64,000 nt of DNA, taken from positions 2,682 to 66,681 of IMG/VR virus record IMGVR_UViG_3300018044_000002, one strand, 5' to 3'. The translations under genes and the position numbers were made by a program. This document shows, piece after piece, positions 17,862 to 28,238 of this stretch. Source of the stretch: a virus. How positions within the stretch are numbered: position 1 is the stretch's first letter; every line of letters starts with the position of its first letter. Below the pieces are notes generated by a model. It did not search any database. It was not told the DNA's origin and saw only the letters and a list, made by a program, of their open reading frames with translations.

Positions 17862-18275
17862 CTATGAATTGAACAGCTTCACATCTTCTGCGCGGCGCGT
17901 AACCATTGCCGGAAGCACCTGCCCGCCGGCGTGGACCCATCGAGGCAACTGCGTCGGTATCTGGTCGATCCCATGCGCCAGCAGTTGCACGAGCGCCCCG
18001 CGGCCGCATTCAAAGGTAAAGTCCGCTACGGCGTCCCACTGGTTTTGGTTCAGGTCCAGCGATAGATGCTGCGCGTTCATGGCGGCGTCTACTTTGGCAA
18101 CGTCAGACAGCATCAGGATCCAAGCGTCTGCCGGCGTCATAGGCAGGTTGAAAGTCTCGCCGGGGAGAATGTCGTGGCCGTGGCCGATGACCTGGTGGCC
18201 GAAGTCTCCCGCTGGTTCGGGGTCAAAGCCTTCGTTCTTGGCGATAAAGGCGAGTCCTGCTGGGCTGGTTTGCAT
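17862..18275 (-). CDS. Endolysin, GH24 phage lysozyme
   Basis: GLAFIAKNEG, IGHGH, NQNQWDAVADFTF, VTRRAED. Confidence 0.88.
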   Translation of the reverse strand: MQTSPAGLAFIAKNEGFDPEPAGDFGHQVIGHGHDILPGETFNLPMTPADAWILMLSDVAKVDAAMNAQHLSLDLNQNQWDAVADFTFECGRGALVQLLAHGIDQIPTQLPRWVHAGGQVLPAMVTRRAEDVKLFNS

Positions 18276-18340
18276 GGCTTACCTCGCAAAAAGTGGGCCA
18301 GAGCGAGATGCGCTGGCCCCGGAGAATAGGTGCAAACTGG

Positions 18341-18586
18341 TTAGGCGGCCGGCGGTGTGAGCGGAGCCGGGTTCGGCAGCAACGCCTGTACGCTCTCGAC
18401 GGTGATCTCCTGCCCAGACGCCTTGCTCCATGCCGCAAGCGCAGTGGTGGCAAGCTGTTCGATGGCGGTGATGGCCGCGACGGGAAGGCCAAGCGCCGGA
18501 TCAACTGCGGAAACGCCAGCCAGCACGGTATTCGCTATCTGCTCGACTTCCTGAACGATGGTGAGGACTTCGCCAGCGGTTGCCAT
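18341..18586 (-). CDS. Hypothetical lysis-region protein
   Basis: Coupled to the upstream lipoprotein gene. Confidence 0.65.
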   Translation of the reverse strand: MATAGEVLTIVQEVEQIANTVLAGVSAVDPALGLPVAAITAIEQLATTALAAWSKASGQEITVESVQALLPNPAPLTPPAA

Positions 18587-18984
18587 TACTTCACCCCCTG
18601 ATAGAGCGCCTTGACGTTCGCGATGATGGTTGGAAGGTTGTTGAGCGCAACGGTTACATCGGCCTGCAATGCGGTAAGGTTGGCAGCAGTTCCGCCGGCT
18701 GCTTTGGCTTCCTCGTATGTGAGGAAAGAATTGACTGTAGTGGTCTGTGTGTTCTTGGCCGTGTTGATAGTGTCATAGACCGCCTTGGTATGCGGCAGAC
18801 AGGGCGTTGTGGCGATGGCGGGGCAGGTTCCGGTCGTAGCCGAAGCCTCGTAGTCGATCTGGGCTTGATTGATAACGGCTTGGCTTGCCGAGAGCGTCTG
18901 ATAAACCGAACGTTCCCAGTTCGTGCAAGCGGTCATACAGAGCGCCAGCAAACAGCCAGCGGTGATGATTGCCATTCGTTTCAT
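18586..18984 (-). CDS. Lipoprotein, possible spanin component
   Basis: Signal peptide with lipobox-like MTAC; lysis cassette context. Confidence 0.6.
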   Translation of the reverse strand: MKRMAIITAGCLLALCMTACTNWERSVYQTLSASQAVINQAQIDYEASATTGTCPAIATTPCLPHTKAVYDTINTAKNTQTTTVNSFLTYEEAKAAGGTAANLTALQADVTVALNNLPTIIANVKALYQGVK

Positions 18985-18993
18985 GTGATCCTC

Positions 18994-19227
18994 TCAGTTT
19001 GTTGGTGGTGCGCCCGGTGCGGGGCGGTAAACGTGCACTAGAGCAGCAATGCCTGTCATCACTGCGTAGCCAGTCAGTTTGTTGATTCCAGAGCGGGTCC
19101 AGTCGATGTGACCGCTGGCGAGTTCGTCTTGAATTGCCGATACGACCGCCCCAGTCATTGCGCTGGAAACGGTGACGAATACCGGGTTGCTGCGAACAGA
19201 CAGCCAAACTTGCTTCAGGAAGTTCAT
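18994..19227 (-). CDS. Putative holin
   Basis: 77 aa, two hydrophobic segments, near the endolysin. Confidence 0.55.
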   Translation of the reverse strand: MNFLKQVWLSVRSNPVFVTVSSAMTGAVVSAIQDELASGHIDWTRSGINKLTGYAVMTGIAALVHVYRPAPGAPPTN

Positions 19228-19232
19228 GCGTT

Positions 19233-19514
19233 CTATTTTCCTTTCGGCCGTGCGAGTCCTACGCGCTCAGAATCCGTCAATGCTAGGTATGCCCTCGCGT
19301 AAGCATCCTTCAGTACATCATTGGCAAGGATGTTAGGCCCTATAAGATTGGCTACTTGTTGCGCCAGGTCTATCACCATCATAGATGCGATGTGCCTAAC
19401 GTTGATAGATCGAACATCTGGATCGACAGGTGCTTCCGCGCAGGGTTGTGGAGGAGGTGTAGGCTTGTGCCCCGGTGCGGGTGGCTGTGTGCCTAGATAC
19501 GGATCGGTTGACAT
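19233..19514 (-). CDS. Hypothetical protein
   Basis: RBS AAGGAG. Confidence 0.6.
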   Translation of the reverse strand: MSTDPYLGTQPPAPGHKPTPPPQPCAEAPVDPDVRSINVRHIASMMVIDLAQQVANLIGPNILANDVLKDAYARAYLALTDSERVGLARPKGK

Positions 19515-19523
19515 AATTTCTCC

Positions 19524-20015
19524 TTACCATCCCGTTCTGTCTGTACTTGATACTTTTGTTGGAAGAGGAACCCTCATCAATCCTAGCATCGGATCAGGAG
19601 GAACAGATCGAGAATGTTTGTCGTTGTAGAGTTTTTCAAGCTCCTGGTCCAGATTGGCATCCGGGCCTTTGCGCTGGTCCAGAGGCCAAGTGTGGTAGTC
19701 GGGAGTCACATCGTCAATCGGAATCCGCAAGCGGAACATGATTTTATCGATCTTCACGTTCTGCTTCACGTCATCGACCATAAGGGTGTGATGCTCTTGG
19801 CTGATGGAAGACAGAGCATCCTTTGTCTCTTTCTGCCCCGTTTGCAGATCGGAAAGTTTGGTTTCGAGCGTCACTTTGTAGGAGGTCACCGCCGCAACCA
19901 TGCCCCCGAAGCAACCGAGAGCCGACGCGCAGAACGTCAGGATCGGCATCCAATCATGCCAAAACTTCCGTACCTTGGAATCCGTTTGCCGCCGTCTGCG
20001 CCCTTCAGTGTCCAC
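19524..20015 (-). CDS. Membrane protein with coiled coil
   Basis: One TM segment followed by a heptad-like region. Confidence 0.6.
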   Translation of the reverse strand: MDTEGRRRRQTDSKVRKFWHDWMPILTFCASALGCFGGMVAAVTSYKVTLETKLSDLQTGQKETKDALSSISQEHHTLMVDDVKQNVKIDKIMFRLRIPIDDVTPDYHTWPLDQRKGPDANLDQELEKLYNDKHSRSVPPDPMLGLMRVPLPTKVSSTDRTGW

Positions 20016-20163
20016 TCATGCTCTCCTTGACTCACGATTCACAACTTAGCCCTTGTGTCACATTACCCTCCGTTCTTACTGCGACTCACCCACTCCCGAG
20101 CAGTTGACGATTGCTCCGTTTGCGATGCTCTGACATCCGTCTCTCCTGTCCCTCTTTCCAGTT

Positions 20164-22749
20164 TTACTCCCATCCCTCGCAGGATGCCGCTGTGAGACTG
20201 TTCGGTGCCGCCACCATGTTGATAAAGTATGCCACAGCCGACGTTGTGTTTGTATTCACCTGCCCAAATATGCTAGATTGTCCTGCCGATGCGCCATTCA
20301 CATAGCACACCAGGTGCCAATTCGAGTCAGGGAAAGCGTTGGGGAATGTGACAGTAAAGGGGCAGTCATTGGGGAAATTAGCGGCTGCTATGCACACAGG
20401 AGAACCGGTGACATAAACCTTTTGACGAATAGCATATTGCGTACCATTTGTTCCTGTGACAATTCCACCCGGGGCGTGATAGACACCTGACGCATCGATT
20501 TGCCCTATCAAAGTAGCTCCAGGACCGCCTTTCCAGAATCTGTCTCCAAAAGCCGCGCTTGCTCCCACCGAAAGATTCCATCCTGCGCTGTTGTCGTCTG
20601 ATATTCCTAAATTTGTGGTTGATCCTCGGATGTCTCCCCCCGCACCAATTTGTAGTCCATCTACAAAGTAGGGGTAATTGCTGACTCCGTTTAGATCGAC
20701 CGTTTGATTCGTGCATCCGACAGATACGTTTGTATCTAGCCCCTGGCTTCCTGTGGTGGTGCCATCCAGCTTGACCACTGCTAAACAAGTACCAGCCGCA
20801 GAGTTTGAAGAAACTACGTTGCCGGAAGACGCCAGCAAGTTGATTGCTGCAATGCTGCTTGATCCGCTTCCCGAGCCCATAACGTTGTTTGAAATAACAT
20901 TTGCGGTCGTGCTTTGGAGTTGGATTGGGGCGGCAGACCCGTTTGTGGCTGGAAACTGGTTGCCTATAATCTGGTTCGCTCCGCCACCATTTACATAGAG
21001 TCCGATGCCGGTTCCAACCGGGTTCCAGACTGCGGCATCGCTGACGTGGACGTTTGACGATAACTCAAGATCGATGACAGGCTCTGAACCGGAGCCGCCT
21101 TTATAGTTCCAACCCCCTAATACTTCAATCGATCCTGAGACGTTTTGGAAGAACATGCACGAGATCAGGCAACCATCGTTGATGGACCGCTTGATATGCA
21201 CATCCGTTCCATGATTGCTCCCGCCAGCGGTGAAGCTCATGTAATCTCCGTAACCAACTCCAGCCGTCTCGAAGTTGTCTACAAATAGATCGTTCAACGC
21301 CTTGCCAATGTGCGCGAGCCCGTAAGTCGTGGGGCCTGAGAGAGTCGTGAAAACTCCTACATCGTGGATACGCAACGAATTGCTTGATATTCCATCGGCA
21401 CTATCGATGAAGAATCCGTAGAGGCTTCCGGTCGTTTCCGTGACGCTGTTGTAACCCCATACCGCCGTCGAGTAGGCAATGTAGCCGTCTCCCTGCCCAC
21501 CAACCGCGTGTAACCAGAAGTCATAGATGCTATCTTCCGAATCGACTGAGTCAACCTGGGTTCCGTAAGTGAAGCTCAGATGCAAACCGGCAGCGGTTCC
21601 AGTGGGGATCACGTTGCGCCAGATGGAAAAATTCTTGAACTGGTTAAACCCGATGGTGGTTCCTATCCCTGTCCCGTAGGCGTAGATCGCATCCGCCGAC
21701 GCACTAGTTTCGAGCATGACTGTTGGGTTGTAGGAATAGAGCGTGTTGTTTGTGACGCCGTAGGTTTTGCCGACAATTCCCACGCTTGACTTCGCGATTG
21801 TGATGGTCCCTGTGAGATAGTAGGTCGCCGCTTGGCTCAAGTAGCAATTGCCAGATGTGATCGCATTGATGCAGTTCTGAATGGCGGTTTGATTTGCGAC
21901 ACCGGCTCCGCTTGAGTTCACCACGGCTCCGAACCATTCGACGGGAGGCTGTGTAACAAGAGAGCCGAGTGTTACCACGCCGCTCCCGGTGAATATCTGC
22001 GTTGCCGGTGCCTGTATTGGCCCATTGATCGTGAGCGCGTAACCCGCCGTGTTGATCGAACCCGGCTGATTAAAAACTAGCGTAGTCGTGGCCGGAAGCG
22101 TTATAGGTCCGCTCAAAGGAACCGTGCCGGTCACTTGGATGGTGCATCCGCCACCGCCAGGACAAGCCGCCGCCGCTGCGTTGACAGAGGAGTATATGTT
22201 GGCAATCACGACATAGTTGATCTGCGGTGCCATCAGCGGCCCGGTCAGCGTGCCGCCGGTGAGCTTGAGATACAAAGCGCTTACCGTGCCGTTGCATGGG
22301 TTGGTGGGTAGGGCGGCTGTGACTTGACTGGATATATCTACGGTTCCACCACCGAAGCCGGCCAGCACGGCCATCGGGAGTTGTATCGCGAATCCACTAT
22401 CGGGACTTCCCGCAGGGCAGGAATAAGTAAATGTGAAGGACCAGGTGTCGGGCTGAGGGATCACTTGTCCCGGGTCAGCCAGCAGAACCGAAAATTTCCC
22501 GTTAGCGTCGAGTGTGCCGCTGACTGTGGTCTGGAATGTACTGACCCCGCCAAGCAGACTAAGCTGCGATGACGAAGACAGATTGGTCCACGAGGCTCCG
22601 AACGACCCGCCAGCGAGAGAAGGGACCGTGGCGGTAGTTTGAACAAAACCCGCGGGGATCTGGGCCGAGAGAGAGTCAGGCAGGAAGCAACATAGAGCAA
22701 GGGCGAGGATGATCGAGATCGAGATTGGGAGGGGATGACTGATTCTCAC
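20164..22749 (-). CDS. Tailspike/fiber-like beta-helix (pectate-lyase-like) protein with a signal-peptide-like N-terminus
   Basis: VEWFGAV...NQTAIQNCINA, G/N/S/T-rich beta repeats, C-terminal VTFPNAF. Confidence 0.75.
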   Translation of the reverse strand: MRISHPLPISISIILALALCCFLPDSLSAQIPAGFVQTTATVPSLAGGSFGASWTNLSSSSQLSLLGGVSTFQTTVSGTLDANGKFSVLLADPGQVIPQPDTWSFTFTYSCPAGSPDSGFAIQLPMAVLAGFGGGTVDISSQVTAALPTNPCNGTVSALYLKLTGGTLTGPLMAPQINYVVIANIYSSVNAAAAACPGGGGCTIQVTGTVPLSGPITLPATTTLVFNQPGSINTAGYALTINGPIQAPATQIFTGSGVVTLGSLVTQPPVEWFGAVVNSSGAGVANQTAIQNCINAITSGNCYLSQAATYYLTGTITIAKSSVGIVGKTYGVTNNTLYSYNPTVMLETSASADAIYAYGTGIGTTIGFNQFKNFSIWRNVIPTGTAAGLHLSFTYGTQVDSVDSEDSIYDFWLHAVGGQGDGYIAYSTAVWGYNSVTETTGSLYGFFIDSADGISSNSLRIHDVGVFTTLSGPTTYGLAHIGKALNDLFVDNFETAGVGYGDYMSFTAGGSNHGTDVHIKRSINDGCLISCMFFQNVSGSIEVLGGWNYKGGSGSEPVIDLELSSNVHVSDAAVWNPVGTGIGLYVNGGGANQIIGNQFPATNGSAAPIQLQSTTANVISNNVMGSGSGSSSIAAINLLASSGNVVSSNSAAGTCLAVVKLDGTTTGSQGLDTNVSVGCTNQTVDLNGVSNYPYFVDGLQIGAGGDIRGSTTNLGISDDNSAGWNLSVGASAAFGDRFWKGGPGATLIGQIDASGVYHAPGGIVTGTNGTQYAIRQKVYVTGSPVCIAAANFPNDCPFTVTFPNAFPDSNWHLVCYVNGASAGQSSIFGQVNTNTTSAVAYFINMVAAPNSLTAASCEGWE

Positions 22750-25100
22750 TGCTGGGCTCCTTGTGTGGGGGGTTGCTGTAGTGGCTGCGGCTGGTTGAAC
22801 TGCTGGCCTTGGTTTCGCTGGATCGTAGCGGCGTAGGCTGCAAGCAAAGGGCTAACAGGCACGCCACGCGAGCGGGCCGCCTGAACGATGTTCGGCATGT
22901 CTCCACGCAGGTCGAGAGGGATCTGCGCAATCTGCGCTCGGCTGGGACGGGTCAGGAATTCCTTTACACCTGGATGAGCCAAAACTTCCTCGATAGCCAT
23001 GCCGGTGGCTCCGGCGGCAGGGATGGCAGCCAGACCGCCAGGGGAGACCTCCCGCCCGCGCATCAGGTCGCTCAGCAAGTGGAACGCAGGCCATACTACG
23101 GACAGTCTGATCAAACTGCCCACCGCCGACGATCCGCGGTGCTGGACGGAGGCTTCGTTCGCGCGCTGGAGATCGTCGGCCGAGATCGTGCGCGTGGGAG
23201 AAAGCTTGGGCTGGCGGAATGGAATATCTGCTGGAGGCCCTGGTAGTGCAGGAGGCAGCGGAAGATTAGGCTTGGCCGGGACAGGCTTGATCTTCGGGGG
23301 CGGAACATCAGCAGCAACAGACTTCCTGCCGCCGGACGGGACTTCGACCTTAGCCTCTGCCGTGCGCTGAAGGTCTTGCGCCAAGTTAGCGAGGCTGGGG
23401 CTGTACTTACCGAGGTCAGCCACACCGCGATCAGCGGAGGGTCCTGTGAATTTGTTTGCGGCGACCAGAGGATCTTTGGCAAGTAGAGCCTGAGCGACGG
23501 GAGATCCCGAGGAAGACGGACCTGTGGGCTCATGAAAGGTGTTCATGTAGTCGCGATAAAATGCGCGTGCGGCGCGATGCTGCGGGCCAACTCCTTGTGC
23601 GTCGGCCAATTGCTGCATCTGATCGCCGACAAATTGATGAACTTGCTGGATCGCCTTGTAAATATCTCCCTTGCCGGGCTGTGGGCCGTCGGCGATTTTA
23701 GCCCCTGTCTCCTCATAAAATCCCTGAAGGTCATTCCAAGAGATCGGGCGGGTCCCCTGGCCAATCGCCGCATCCCACACATCAGGCGGAAGAGCCCGTG
23801 AAAGAGTCGAACGGATAGCGGGGTTAGAGATCGCCGTGCGAAAGTCTTTGTAACCCATGTTCTGCGCTGTCTGATCCGCGAGCACAAGCTCGGGACCGGG
23901 CTGGCCGGGGGACATCATCGCGTTAAACTCTGCTACTTTTGCGGGCGACCCACGTATCCATTCAGTTTGCGCAGCCTTGACTCCATCAGCCAAGGTATCT
24001 GAGGGGAGAGATGCCCCTGCCATCTTCTCACGAACGGCTCCATAGAGATCGTTAGCCTTCGCACGGAGAGTCTTGTCGAGCTGGCGCAGGCCATAGATCA
24101 GTTGTGACCCGCCAACTTGGAGACGTGCAGCCTGGTCGGATTTGGCGCGCTCGTCCGCAGTAATCTCGCGGTTATGCTTGACTGCCTCGCCGATCTTCTG
24201 GTTGTATTCGCGCAGCGCGGCGGCGTTGGCCTGCTCAGCCTCAGCCCTAGCAACACGATGAGCCTCCAACGCCTTGGGAGAGTCCTTGACTGGATATTGT
24301 TGACTTATCTTTAACAATTTGTCTTTGTAATCAGCAACAGACTTAGCTTGGGCCTCTTGCCAATTAGCGCGTGCGTCCGCCATGCGATCAGCATTGTGCA
24401 GGCCAATCTTGCGATTGTCTTCAGCGACCTCGCGGACGAGATTGCGAGCTACGCCAGGACCGGAGCCTGCGAGACGGCGGACAATACCCTGCGCGGCTTC
24501 AGGAGCAACAGCGAGTGCCTTTCCAGCGGCTTTGGGTGCTAGAGCCAACGCCGCGTTTCCCACCGCTGTGCCAGCCGCTCCTTTGTAGTTTTCTGTCCCG
24601 AGTTGCTCGCCTTCTTTCTCTCCCACGCTCGCAGCCCACGGTCCAAGCATCGGAATGGCCGCGGCGAGTCCGTGGCCAAGCGCCAACTCGCGATGAGATA
24701 CGGCAGCCGGGGATGGGTGCATTGAATACCAGGGAGTCGCTGCATTAGCCTGGCTGAACTCGCTAACCGCCTGCTTTCCTTGGTCAACTGCCGGCATAAC
24801 AAGCATATTCTTGATCGCTTCGTATTGCGCCGAACCAGGAATAGTTCTTTCAGCCAGCTCTTTCCAACTATGCGGAACCATAGACTTGGCTGTATCGATG
24901 AAAGGCGTGGCAGCGGATGCCCAGAAGCCCTCTTGCGAGGGAAGAGGAGCGGCGGGAGGAACGGTAACAGGACCAATAGGCGGAGCCGCCGGAGCAGGTG
25001 GCTTAACCCCCATCGCCTTCGCGATCATCTCCGGCGTCGACCCGTCGGGGAAGACGTGAGTGTTGCCTTGCTCGTCCTGGACACGAACTTCGCCTGCCAT
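22746..25100 (-). CDS. Internal virion/DNA ejection protein
   Basis: Large Ala-rich helical protein, N-terminal HVFPDG motif, synteny. Confidence 0.6.
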   Translation of the reverse strand: MAGEVRVQDEQGNTHVFPDGSTPEMIAKAMGVKPPAPAAPPIGPVTVPPAAPLPSQEGFWASAATPFIDTAKSMVPHSWKELAERTIPGSAQYEAIKNMLVMPAVDQGKQAVSEFSQANAATPWYSMHPSPAAVSHRELALGHGLAAAIPMLGPWAASVGEKEGEQLGTENYKGAAGTAVGNAALALAPKAAGKALAVAPEAAQGIVRRLAGSGPGVARNLVREVAEDNRKIGLHNADRMADARANWQEAQAKSVADYKDKLLKISQQYPVKDSPKALEAHRVARAEAEQANAAALREYNQKIGEAVKHNREITADERAKSDQAARLQVGGSQLIYGLRQLDKTLRAKANDLYGAVREKMAGASLPSDTLADGVKAAQTEWIRGSPAKVAEFNAMMSPGQPGPELVLADQTAQNMGYKDFRTAISNPAIRSTLSRALPPDVWDAAIGQGTRPISWNDLQGFYEETGAKIADGPQPGKGDIYKAIQQVHQFVGDQMQQLADAQGVGPQHRAARAFYRDYMNTFHEPTGPSSSGSPVAQALLAKDPLVAANKFTGPSADRGVADLGKYSPSLANLAQDLQRTAEAKVEVPSGGRKSVAADVPPPKIKPVPAKPNLPLPPALPGPPADIPFRQPKLSPTRTISADDLQRANEASVQHRGSSAVGSLIRLSVVWPAFHLLSDLMRGREVSPGGLAAIPAAGATGMAIEEVLAHPGVKEFLTRPSRAQIAQIPLDLRGDMPNIVQAARSRGVPVSPLLAAYAATIQRNQGQQFNQPQPLQQPPTQGAQQ

Positions 25101-26398
25101 TATTGCGCCGCCTGCGGAACCAGTTGACCGTTAACGATCTTGTAGTGGATTTCTTTGCCGCCTTCGGGCGCTCTCGGGTTCTTCAGCCGGTTATTAGCCA
25201 ACAGCCAGGGCTGCATCGTCTCTCTCACGACTTCCAAGGCTCCAACCAGCGCGGCAGGATTGGTCTTCATCTCACCAAGTGCGTTGTTCAAGTCGTTGAT
25301 CGTGTGAACGTTCCTGCCGCCGAATACTGCAACCCCGTGCTCAGACCCGAGCAACGAGGAGATGAGGAATTGCTGCGCGTCAGGGTCTTGGGTGCCGAGC
25401 CACATCTGAAGCTTGGTCAATTGGCCTGACCCTGGTCCTGTGAGATGGGGGTCAGCCGTGAGGATACGCTCCATCCGGTCAACCTGCTGGATCGCCGACT
25501 GCGCGAGCTGCTGGTTCTTCTTGTCCATGCTAGTAGCTGAGCCGATGCCTGGGCCGCCGTAGGGGGTACCCTGGTTGGCTGCTGCCACAGCCTGCGCGAC
25601 CGGGATCAGGATGTCCTGTCCGTCGTCTCCAGTGACGACCTGGAGATGGTACTGCGCTGCGAACTCGGCCATCGCCTTCATGCGAGCGATGCCAGGGAGG
25701 GTGAGCGCTCCCTGTGCGCCCTGCAACTGCGCCGCTTCCTCATTGGTCAGCGGCGGGCCTTGTTTCTTGTTGGCGAGAATCTGCTTGGCGAGCAGGTTGG
25801 CGTACTGTGCGGAGGGGGAGGTAGGCTTGGGCGCGGGCGGCTTGTAATCCGCGCCTACCGGCTTCGACACGATGTTTCCGGTTTCGTCCCGGCCATAAGC
25901 AACATAGGACTTGCCGTCCGGTCCGAGTTGCGGCTGGCCAGCAGCGCCGGGCAGGGGAGTGAACTTGGCGGCGGGTAGCGCTTTGGCGCCGTAGAACTCT
26001 GGTGCTATGGCAGCCTCTTGCTCCGGAGTCAGGTTGACTCCCATCCGCTTGACCGACTGGAGATAGTTCTGGAACCGGGCCTCGTTCGACGGCGCGTCGG
26101 CGACGGTCTTATATCCAGTTGGCGTAAAGTAGACGGTATAATCCGCGCCATCGTCTCCCTTGTACTTGCGCAGCGGAATGCCCAGTTGCTGCCTGACCGT
26201 CTCCCGCTCCTCGGCGTCGCGGGCCGCGAGCGCGTTCTGCTGGCGCGCTCCCTCGGCGGCCAGTTGCTGCGTCACGGTCTGCGCCTTCTGCAACTCCAGT
26301 TCCTGCGTCTGCTTGGCCCGGTCGGCGCGCAGGTCGCGAGCGTCGGACATGGCCGGGGCTACAGGTGCGAGGACCGAGAGTGCGTTCCAGAATCCCAT
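25100..26398 (-). CDS. Internal virion/DNA ejection protein
   Basis: Ala/Gln-rich, synteny. Confidence 0.55.
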   Translation of the reverse strand: MGFWNALSVLAPVAPAMSDARDLRADRAKQTQELELQKAQTVTQQLAAEGARQQNALAARDAEERETVRQQLGIPLRKYKGDDGADYTVYFTPTGYKTVADAPSNEARFQNYLQSVKRMGVNLTPEQEAAIAPEFYGAKALPAAKFTPLPGAAGQPQLGPDGKSYVAYGRDETGNIVSKPVGADYKPPAPKPTSPSAQYANLLAKQILANKKQGPPLTNEEAAQLQGAQGALTLPGIARMKAMAEFAAQYHLQVVTGDDGQDILIPVAQAVAAANQGTPYGGPGIGSATSMDKKNQQLAQSAIQQVDRMERILTADPHLTGPGSGQLTKLQMWLGTQDPDAQQFLISSLLGSEHGVAVFGGRNVHTINDLNNALGEMKTNPAALVGALEVVRETMQPWLLANNRLKNPRAPEGGKEIHYKIVNGQLVPQAAQ

Positions 26399-26424
26399 CG
26401 AATTAGTCCTCCTTGTGGCCTTGC

Positions 26425-27117
26425 TTAGAAACTAGGGACACCTGTACTGGCATAATTCAACCCTGCCGTGTAATCGGGCCAGCCTGCTCCAGCTTCAAGC
26501 GTGGTGGGGGTATAGCTCGATAAATCCTGTGCAGGAGCGTCGAATTGCTGCATCGGTTGATAGGGGATGGACATATCACCCATATCGTAGGGTGTGGTTT
26601 GAGGTGCTGCCCCGGAAGCGGCGAGTTGCTGTATCCGGGTGAGCGCTGAAGCGCCGGAAAGATCGGCTGGAGCAGTCTGACCTGCGAACATCTTCGCCAG
26701 CGCCGAAATCGTGTTGGCGGATGAGTTGTTCGGGTTGACCGCTCCGCCGCCGAGGCCGAGGGCCTGAATCGCGTTCTGGTAACCCTGCTGCTGGTTCTGC
26801 TGGATGTAAGGCGCGATCGCCTGCGCGTAGACCTGCTGAGAGATCTCGGGAGAGTCGGTCAGGCCTCGGGTCGCAAGGTCGGCCTGAGCCGCGTTGGCCA
26901 CGCCGGTTTGCAGGCCGGCGTTCAGCGGCTGCGTGAACTGGGCGGCGTACTGGTTCATCTTCGCCGGGTCCTGCGCGAACGAGCGGAGCTTGTTCTGGTA
27001 CTGCTGGTTCTGGTACTGGTTGTACATGTTGTAGGCCGTGGAGCCGACGCCTGCAACCTCTCCGCCGACCTTGAGCGCCGGCTGGATCGCCTGGAGTGCC
27101 TGGGTGATTCCGTCCAT
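26425..27117 (-). CDS. Internal virion protein
   Basis: Gln/Ala-rich, synteny, RBS AAGGAGG. Confidence 0.55.
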   Translation of the reverse strand: MDGITQALQAIQPALKVGGEVAGVGSTAYNMYNQYQNQQYQNKLRSFAQDPAKMNQYAAQFTQPLNAGLQTGVANAAQADLATRGLTDSPEISQQVYAQAIAPYIQQNQQQGYQNAIQALGLGGGAVNPNNSSANTISALAKMFAGQTAPADLSGASALTRIQQLAASGAAPQTTPYDMGDMSIPYQPMQQFDAPAQDLSSYTPTTLEAGAGWPDYTAGLNYASTGVPSF

Positions 27118-27140
27118 CAGACTCGGACCTCCTTCTGAGG

Positions 27141-27737
27141 TTAAACGACTGGGTTGGACAACTCGAACTGGGACTGTGGCTGGGCCGGAGACTGGCCTGG
27201 CCAGTTGCCTCCGGTGATAGAAGAGCCGGAGCCGCCGCCTACGCCGAATTGGCCTCCGCTGGCGCCGCCTCGGAGCATCTGCAGGATCGCGGAGATGTCA
27301 GGAGAGCCGGTGCCGCCGACCGCGCCGGTAGCTCCGGTGCCGCCGCCACCCGGAGCCGCAGCCCCGCCTGAAACGCCGCTCGCGCCGATACCAGTGCCAG
27401 TGCTGGTGCCGCTTCCTCCGGTTGATCCTGCCGAGCCCCCTTGGTAGCCCGGATACCCGGCCAGCAGGTCAGTCAGCGATGCAGTGCCTGGATCGGTCAG
27501 CGAGCCGCCGGTCTGAGCCTGAGCTTGTCCCTGCGCGCCGAGGACCGCCTGCTGCTTGGTCAGATCGGCCTGGTTGGCTGCCTGCTGCTGCTGCTGGAGT
27601 AGAGCTTGCTGGCTGGCTTTCTGTGCGTCGGATTGCGCGTCCCGGTTCGCGACTCCCTCGTAGGCAGTGACCCCGGCTCCGGTCAACCCGGCAGCGATTC
27701 CGGCGATTGCCAATGCGATTGTGGTGGTTCCGGCCAT
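27141..27737 (-). CDS. Internal virion (pilot-like) protein
   Basis: Gly/Ala hydrophobic N-terminus followed by a Gln-rich helix. Confidence 0.55.
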   Translation of the reverse strand: MAGTTTIALAIAGIAAGLTGAGVTAYEGVANRDAQSDAQKASQQALLQQQQQAANQADLTKQQAVLGAQGQAQAQTGGSLTDPGTASLTDLLAGYPGYQGGSAGSTGGSGTSTGTGIGASGVSGGAAAPGGGGTGATGAVGGTGSPDISAILQMLRGGASGGQFGVGGGSGSSITGGNWPGQSPAQPQSQFELSNPVV

Positions 27738-27764
27738 CGGGTTGATCCTCGCCTTTCTCTGAGC

Positions 27765-28238
27765 CTACTGCCCGGTGATTGTAACGGTGTCCCGGCCGCC
27801 ATCCCTGCGCGAGGCCAAGCAGTCAGTCTCGGCGAATACCATATCCTCTGCCTCGACGACGGACTGGACTGCGGTTGGGAAGATCATGGTCATCTCGACA
27901 GGGCTTCGGGTCAGGAACAGTTGTTTGCGGCCTGCGCAGCCAGGGATAACGTTGTAGCCTGAGAGTTCAACGAGTTCGTCGCCGACGACCACGGCACAGT
28001 CGCCGTGAACAATCAGCACGGTCGCGAGCCGGATCAGCGAGCCCATCATCCACATGCCGGGAATCAGCCGGATCGTCCGCGCATAGAGGCCGCCGTGCAA
28101 GAGGTGCTCGGTGGCGATGGGGACTTGAGTCTGGGCGAACAGGATGGACTGAGCCTCGGCCAGCTTGTCGAGCATGGCCGGAGTAGGAGGCACGAGGGCA
28201 GCGGTGATCGGGAGAGGTACGGCCAGTGCGTTGCTCAT
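27765..28238 (-). CDS. Cupin-like phage protein
   Basis: EHLLHGGLYARTIRLIPG ... AGRKQ. Confidence 0.6.
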   Translation of the reverse strand: MSNALAVPLPITAALVPPTPAMLDKLAEAQSILFAQTQVPIATEHLLHGGLYARTIRLIPGMWMMGSLIRLATVLIVHGDCAVVVGDELVELSGYNVIPGCAGRKQLFLTRSPVEMTMIFPTAVQSVVEAEDMVFAETDCLASRRDGGRDTVTITGQ

